Shown here: piece after piece, positions 56,700 to 64,000 of the stretch
How the letters are laid out: the number at the start of each line of letters is the position of its first letter
Numbering within the stretch: position 1 is the first letter of the stretch
Origin: Octopus vulgaris
Taxonomy: Eukaryota
DNA length: 64,000 nt
Assembly (NCBI GenBank): GCA_951406725.2
Contig: OX597815.1
Location: forward strand, 113,088,001-113,152,000
Reading direction: 5' to 3'
Made by a program: the position numbers and the translations under genes
Notes under the pieces: generated by a model
Databases searched by the model: none
What the model saw: the letters and a program-made list of their open reading frames with translations, nothing else
Told to the model about the DNA's origin: nothing

Positions 56700-58330
56700 A
56701 TTTATGGAACTTGCTTCTTTTATGAAAGAAATTGTGTCTATATTTATTAGAAACGACTCTGCATCATCTTAGTTGAATTAATTACAAATGGAATAAGAGT
56801 CACATTTCTAACATATCAAAATGATTTCAATTCTACAACAAAGTATTATTCCTGAGCTTCTCAACTCGCTTCTCCATGATATTATACACTGTCAGTATTG
56901 CTTCATCAGTAATTAAAAGCCTATTGTTGGTTTTCGTTTAATGCGTTGTGTGTGATCTTGTGATCAGTGAGTATTTTAAAGTTAACTTTAAGATCATTGC
57001 ATTATCGTTGTGTATAACTTACGTATTTGGGCTTACGTATTTGTTATTTAATTTAGTATTTAAGAAACTAGAATTTGACATCTCGGCGTATATAAACTAT
57101 GAAACAATTTTATTCTTTTCATTTATTTTCTGTAGGTGCTTATGTGTGACACTTATAGAATCTAATTTATTGAAGCGAGAAACTAACCATATGGCGTCAT
57201 TTATCATGTAGATCATTACAGGATCTATATAGCAAAGGTGATGGATTTCTCCAATATGATAATTTTTTCTTGACTTTGCTACTTCGGATAAATCGTTTTA
57301 TCCAGGAAAGGAAGGTGTTTTGTTATTTATATATGGAGTATTACATTCACCAAATTAATGACCATGTAAAAACATACCCTTCATGTTTCTTTATTATGGT
57401 CGGGTGATTTGCCATTTCATGATCCTTTTAACTGTTGCCCTAGCATTAGATCTTGGCTCACAAAACTTTAATCTAATTTCGTACGACAATTCCATTGCTG
57501 TTCTGATGGCTGATATATTGCTTTCCGTCTCATCATATTATACATTGATATAGAACAGGATTTCATGTTCGTTAGAAATATAATGGGCAACATCTACAAT
57601 CACCTTCTTGAAATTCTCTCTGTGGCTCAGTATTACGCTGTTACTTTCTCTCTTTAGAACATACTGTCACTGAATGTTTGATTCGTTATATATGTGATGC
57701 TTTTTAATACTTCACTGATGTTGCAAGCCATTATGCTTTATTCTGTTAAGTTCAAAACCAATATTACAAAATCATATGCTATGACTAGCAATCTGAGTTA
57801 ATCGTACAATAATTTTTATCGTTGAAGTGTGAGAGCATTTTTTTTTGCCCATTTTTCAAAATATTCTTTCTGCATTTTATTCCCTTGATTTTCCACACCT
57901 TGTTCTGATTTCGTTCACGCCCAAGTATCTGTAAGATGAATGGTCATGTATTACTTGATTTTCGTTGAGTTTAAAATCATTCGTCATTACAAGCGAAACT
58001 AGGATCACGTTTCCGACATGTCAAATATCAGTATAATTTCTGAGCTTCTCAACTCAATTCTCCATAATATTATATACATTCATATGGCTACATCAATAAT
58101 TAAAAGACTACTATTGTTTGTTGGGTTTTTATTATTATTTTTGATTTTGTAAAAATTGTTTATCTTCTAAAAGATTATGTTTAATGTGTTGTGTCAGAGC
58201 TGGTGATCAGCCTGTAATTTATAGTTGGTGCTTAATCACCAACCTTATCACTTGACGTCAAAATTCCACCTAGATCTCTGCCATAAAATTCTCTGGAAAT
58301 TGTAATGAAATCTCCAACTATGAACCATTT
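56700..58330 (-). mobile_element. Old, decayed R4/Dong-like LINE remnants (two tandem pieces)
   Basis: SYRYLGV RT C-terminal remnant near 57930; two homologous endonuclease-like blocks (about 56840-56980 and 58025-58225) sharing ctgagcttctcaactc. Confidence 0.5.
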
Positions 58331-59357
58331 CAGGAAACTAGTTGCAAGGTAACCATAAAAGGAGAAGATGAATAGCCGAGTTTCTACTTTTTGTTTGTTT
58401 AATTGGATTTCGTTTGCTTTTTTTTTTTTTCTAATATCATATCCTTAATTAACTCAAAGACCAGAGAGAATTAATATCTTGAAATATCTTGAAACATTGT
58501 AAACACTGAAATCAGAAACCGTAGTATCGTTAAACGCAATGAAAATGTCGTCCAGCTTGTGAATACCAGCATTTTGAATTGGATTAGAATCGAAAGCTTT
58601 CATTATAGCCGTCCATCTAGACATAAAAAAAGGTCTTCTCACGTACTTTTACGCCATATAGTGCTCTGTCATATATTTCTCATTCCCTACAGGAATTTAC
58701 CAAGCTTTAATTTTATTTCATATCATAAATGGTAAACAATAGCGTTGTTGATAAGGTTTCCAACCGATCAGTCATTGATTCACCCCTGATTCATTTCTGA
58801 TCACTAAAATCACAAAAGTGTGTCTGTAACTGAATGCATAACAAATAATGAAATGAACATATTACAACAGGTTTCTTTTCAGTTTGCCCACTGACTTTTA
58901 TATCTTTCACCGATGTATATTGATACATACACACGCGCGCGCGCGTAAATGTATTTATGTGTGCGCTTGTGTGTCATTGAAGTTAGTATTTTTAAGTATT
59001 TTAAGAAAAGTAGCAAGAGGGGACTCCTTACTAAAAGTCAAATTAGAGTCAAATTTATTATGAAATTGAGATTTTAAGTTTGGTCTGCTAGTTTCTTCAA
59101 TAAATGTGGTCTGAGTAAACCCCACGGCCGAACAGGTCAAAGCTCTACTGAAAACGAATTTTATGATAGATATATACATACACACACACACACTCTCTCT
59201 CTCACACACACACACACACACTCTCTCTCTGACACATACACACACACACACACACATGCACACATGCACACATATACATACTCATACACACTCATGCATA
59301 AATATAATATAAAAATGTGTGTATGTGTGTTCTGTATATATATATATATATATATAC

Positions 59358-59409
<52 letters not shown>

Positions 59410-59411
<2 letters not shown>

Positions 59412-59836
59412 AATTAAGGCCAACAGACCAGATATAGTTGTCAGAGATCATGAAGAAAAAAAATGCCTTCTAATTGATGTATCAATACCGGCAGATGACA
59501 ACGTGTCTCTAAAAGAAATGGAGAAACTTTCAAAATACAAAGACCTGGAAACAGAGGTAACCAGAATGTGGAATCTAAAAACAGAAGCAATTCCTATCAT
59601 AGTAGGTGCATTAGGCATGATAAACACATATTCAGACAAATACATAACAAAAACACCAGGACTTACAAACACATATAACATACAGAAAATTGCGCTACTA
59701 GGCACTGCACACATCCTACGCAGAACACTTTCCATACAATAACCATCAGAGCTTCACAACAAATCACAGCACATACCCAAGGCACACAGAGCTGCGCTCG
59801 GTAGTGAAGTGAAAGCACGATATAAAAAATATACTA

Positions 59837-59839
<3 letters not shown>
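59410..59839 (+). mobile_element. R4/Dong-clade LINE 3' end (restriction-like endonuclease and 3' UTR) inside (AAT)n
   Basis: EIKANRPDIVVRD...LLIDVSIP...EKLSKYKDL...PIIVGALG...QKIALLGTAHILRRTL; PD-(D/E)xK nuclease; AAT repeats on both sides, as known for Dong. Confidence 0.92.
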
Positions 59840-59917
<78 letters not shown>

Positions 59918-60001
59918 AAGAAGAAGAAGAAGAAGAAGAAGAAGAAGAAGAAGAAGAAGAAGAAGAAGAAGAAGAAGAAGAAGAAGAAGAAGAAGAAGAA
60001 G

Positions 60002-60621
60002 AATGCCCTGATGCAGTACCTAAATGCCCTGATGCAGTACCTAAATGCCCTGATGCAGTACCTAAATGCCCTGATGCAGTACCAGGCAGTGGCTCTCATG
60101 GCTTCTGATCTTAACTGATTGGAGGTGTTATCATGTACATTGTTTTGTCTTGGTATAAAAGATGGGCTACAGCAAATATTCTGCTCAATACCACAGATTT
60201 GCTTGTCAATTGTTTGACCTTAACCAGTTGACCATGTCCCTTAGTGGCTGACGATATGTGCATCTCTGATCACGAGCAGAAGTAGTGGGGGAGCATCATA
60301 GCCATGTGTTGAGAGGGATTCTTTGGGGTTTGAATAATTCACCTTTGGAAACATGGGTGGTTCTTTCGACATCCTTAAACAACCCTTATTCAGGGACCCT
60401 TTGAGCGGGATGGGCTACTCAACCTGAAGAAAATTCTAACTGGGCCCCACCTGCAAGGTCATGTGCTGTTTATCTTGATATGAGATCATCATGTCGCACA
60501 CATATGGTTGTGATGCATGTGCCTGGTGTACCCTTATCAGACGGGTAGTCATGATGGGTATATTGGGCTTCGTATATTTTACTCCAATGTCACTTTGATG
60601 GCATGAACTGCTCTCTCACTC
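60002..60621 (+). mobile_element. Unclassified retro-like repeat ending in (AAT)n, with a 21-bp unit repeated four times at its 5' edge
   Basis: A second copy starts at 63881 directly after (AAT)n at a different internal position. Confidence 0.65.
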
Positions 60622-60915
60622 AATAATAATAATAATAATAACAATGAAAGGATAAAACTAATTAATTAATTAATAATTGATAATTTTACCAAGTAGTTCG
60701 GTATGTTAAAATAACTTTTATGAGTAAGATTATACAAATATTCTATAATTATAAGCATAATTATAATCAAGGTCACTAATTGCATCGCCACGCACCGAAT
60801 TTAGAAATAGCAGTTGAAATACCTTTTCCTCAATATTTATATATATATTCATACACATATACATATGTGTGTGTATATATATATTATAAATAGGTATGTA
60901 TGTGTGTATTATACA

Positions 60916-61047
<132 letters not shown>

Positions 61048-62063
61048 AATATGAGAGAGTAACCACTATGTGGTCGACTCTAGTGCTAAAAATAGATCCG
61101 CTATGGTATAGCCACTAAAAATTGTTTCCAAGAAGAAATAACACATTTAACGTAGGGCAAGTGAAAAATAACGAAAATATAGATTAACTCTGGACAATTG
61201 TTTCATTATTAATGTAATATGCAATGTATGTATGTATATATATATATATATATACATACATACATACATACATACATACATACATACATACATACATACA
61301 TACATACATACATACATACATACATACATACATACATACATACATTCTGACATAGATATACACATCAAGTTATAGAAACGAGAAAAAATAGAACTCAGTA
61401 CATAAATAGTATTATTTATAGACATGAAGCTGAATCGATGACTCAAGAATTTAGAGTCCTAGAGTTTTTCTCCATTCATTACGTGAAATCATTTTCAAAT
61501 CCTATTTAATAATAAATTACGGGTAGACATGTATGGGTCACATTAGTTAAGTAGATTATTTGTTGGTTATCCTAAACACTACAAGCTAACGTAGTTGTCA
61601 GTATATGGCCATGAATAATCTTATCTGTGTTATTGCAAGCTATTGTGCGTCCTGTTCGATAGCTTATTGAAAGAGAATCACCAATAAACTTTAGATAATA
61701 CCAGATCCAGAACTTTTCCAATGACATCACTTCATTCTTATTATCTTATCGACTACTGTTCTCCATTTTTTATTATCACTTTTATTTGGTGTCTTTTGTA
61801 TTGTCATTTTTCGCATTAAATTTCTTTTCCAAAAAACAGCTTTACAAAGCGCTTATACATCATTTTTAACGAGTGTCCTATTCCAATGCGCATCTTACTA
61901 TATAATTTATAGCGATTATTTTCAAAAGAATGCTTTTCGTATTTTCGTTTTCCTTAACATTATATCTCTAATCTTTTATTCAATACTGCTTTAAAAAAAT
62001 TATGAGATTTCTTTTTGTCTGCTTTTAGTTCTGAATGTTTGTTTACTTGCTAGTTCTATCCCC

Positions 62064-62126
<63 letters not shown>

Positions 62127-62964
62127 CTTTATTTCTTCCGTTCTCTTTCTCTTCTCTCCCCACATTCCCATATTTATCACATGTAACGAGTTCTTAATGT
62201 TTCTAGATGGATTAACTTCTGTCATCTCAGTTATTTTACGTAGTTCGCTACATAAGATGATTATTCTATCTTTCCAATTTTTTACACTCTGATTATGTTA
62301 TATTTCGTATATCAAGATATATGTTTTTTTATTTAATCCAATACTTTGGTTGGCTGAATGAATACAAACGCATATGAAAGAGTTCAACTTACGTCATATT
62401 TGAATTTTGTGATAGAAAACCTGTTTTTGTGTGTCAGTTGCCTATATTCCATTTTTAATTCATTGCTATTCTCTAAAAGTGGGTTTCTTTTAGATAACAA
62501 CTACTCGCACGCAAGAGGTCCTATCACGGTTGATTACATATAGAAATCTAGTAGATATGTCACAAAAAATATATAAATTTTGCATTTTATCATCCACTGG
62601 AGTCGATAGAATAAAGAACTTGCCAAGTTCTTGAATAATTTCATTGACTAAACCGTATTTCCAAAATGTTTGGACTTAAGTTTGGCTTACACAGTCAATA
62701 GAGCATCGAATTTAATGCCTTGTAGTATTTTTTCAAATCTGGTTGAAGTCGATTGACTCTGCTTTCCATCCTTCTGAGGTCGATTAGATAAGTATCAATC
62801 AAGTACTGACGTAAATTACATCGATATCTTATTGACACCGAATGAATGAAAAGCAATTCGACTTCGGCGGCATTTGAATTCAGAACATAAAGCCAAAAGA
62901 AATACTACTAAGCATTTTCTCTGATGTACTAAGGACTTGGCTAGCTCATTGCCTTAGTGATAAT

Positions 62965-63527
62965 TGTTTCAAATTTTGGCAGAAGGTCAGCAGTTTAGGG
63001 GGAGAAGGGGAAGTCGATTATATTGACTCCAGTACTCAAATTCTACTTATTACATTATTACATCAACCCAAAAAGGATGAAAGACAAAGTTGAACTCGAC
63101 GGAATTTCAACTCAACGTAAAAAAACGGATGAAATACTACTAAGCATTTTGTCCGGCGAGCTGACGATTCTGCCAGCTCACCGTCTTAATAATAACAATA
63201 ATATTTTTTAGTAAAGGCAGAAGGCCAGAAATTTTGGGGGAGGGAACAAGTCGATTACATCGATCCCAGTGCTTCACTGGTATTTAATTTATCCAGCCCG
63301 AAAGCATGGAAAGCAAAGTCGACCTCGCTGTCATTTGAACTCAGAATGTAAAGTGTCGGACGAAATATTGGTAAGCATTTTGCCCGGCGTGCTAATGATT
63401 CTGGCATTTCGCCGCCTTAATAATAATGATGATAATATTAATAATAATATTAATAATAATAATAATAATGATAATAATAATAGCAACAACAACAACAACA
63501 ACAACAATAATAATAATAATGATGATG

Positions 63528-63579
<52 letters not shown>

Positions 63580-63802
63580 TAAAAATAATGATAATAATAA
63601 TCATTTCTACTATAAGCACAAGGCCTAAATTTTTGGGGGAGGTGGATAGTCGATCACATCGACCCCAGTACTTGACTGATACTTCATTTATCGACCCCGA
63701 AAGGATGAAAGGCAAAGTCAACAAAGCGGGAATTTGAACTCAGAACGTAGCGACAGGCGGAATACCGTTAAGCATACTAATGATTTCGCTAGATTGCCGC
63801 CT
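62965..63802 (-). mobile_element. Three tandem diverged family A SINEs separated by (AAT)n
   Basis: Copies at about 62965-63187, 63210-63418 and 63605-63802. Confidence 0.85.
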
Positions 63803-63804
63803 TA

Positions 63805-63882
<78 letters not shown>

Positions 63883-64000
63883 GATGGGCTACAGCAAATA
63901 TTCTGCTCAATACCACAGATTTGCTTGTCAGTTGTTTGACCTTAACCAGTTGAGCATGTCCCTTAGTGGCTGACGATATGTGCATCTCTGGTCACGAGCA

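Noticed and set aside
60002-60083. 21-bp repeats resembling a CRISPR array
   Set aside because: Direct tandem units with no spacers, no cas genes, eukaryotic context.

Overview
Eukaryotic, AT-rich DNA saturated with microsatellites and transposons; the SINE families suggest an octopus genome (inference). Only one host gene is supported: the 3' half of a + strand tachykinin(-related peptide) receptor GPCR. It has three exons at 17458-17608 (TM5-ICL3), 29788-29984 (TM6-TM7, CWLP and NPIIY) and 45621-45873 (helix 8, C-tail, stop). The upstream exons were not found and probably lie left of the window. The rest is intronic or downstream DNA with Penelope-like elements (one Naiad-like, two other GIY-YIG types), several minimal hammerhead ribozymes, and Tx1-, RTE-, CR1-, R4/Dong- and HERO/NeSL-like LINE remnants. 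It also holds three Tc1/mariner relics, a Helitron-like element, a hairpin-ended (possibly Crypton-like) element and at least three tRNA-derived SINE families. Most supplied ORFs are microsatellite artefacts. Main leads: (1) a SINE subfamily whose 3' tail matches the 3' end of a (GATA)n-associated Tx1 LINE and which joins other SINEs at an identical site twice; (2) a Penelope terminal repeat combining a tRNA-like Pol III promoter with a hammerhead; (3) two sense-strand hammerheads bracketing the TM5 exon; (4) a potential truncated receptor isoform like human short NK1R. All alignments and folds were done by eye and family names come from remembered motifs.
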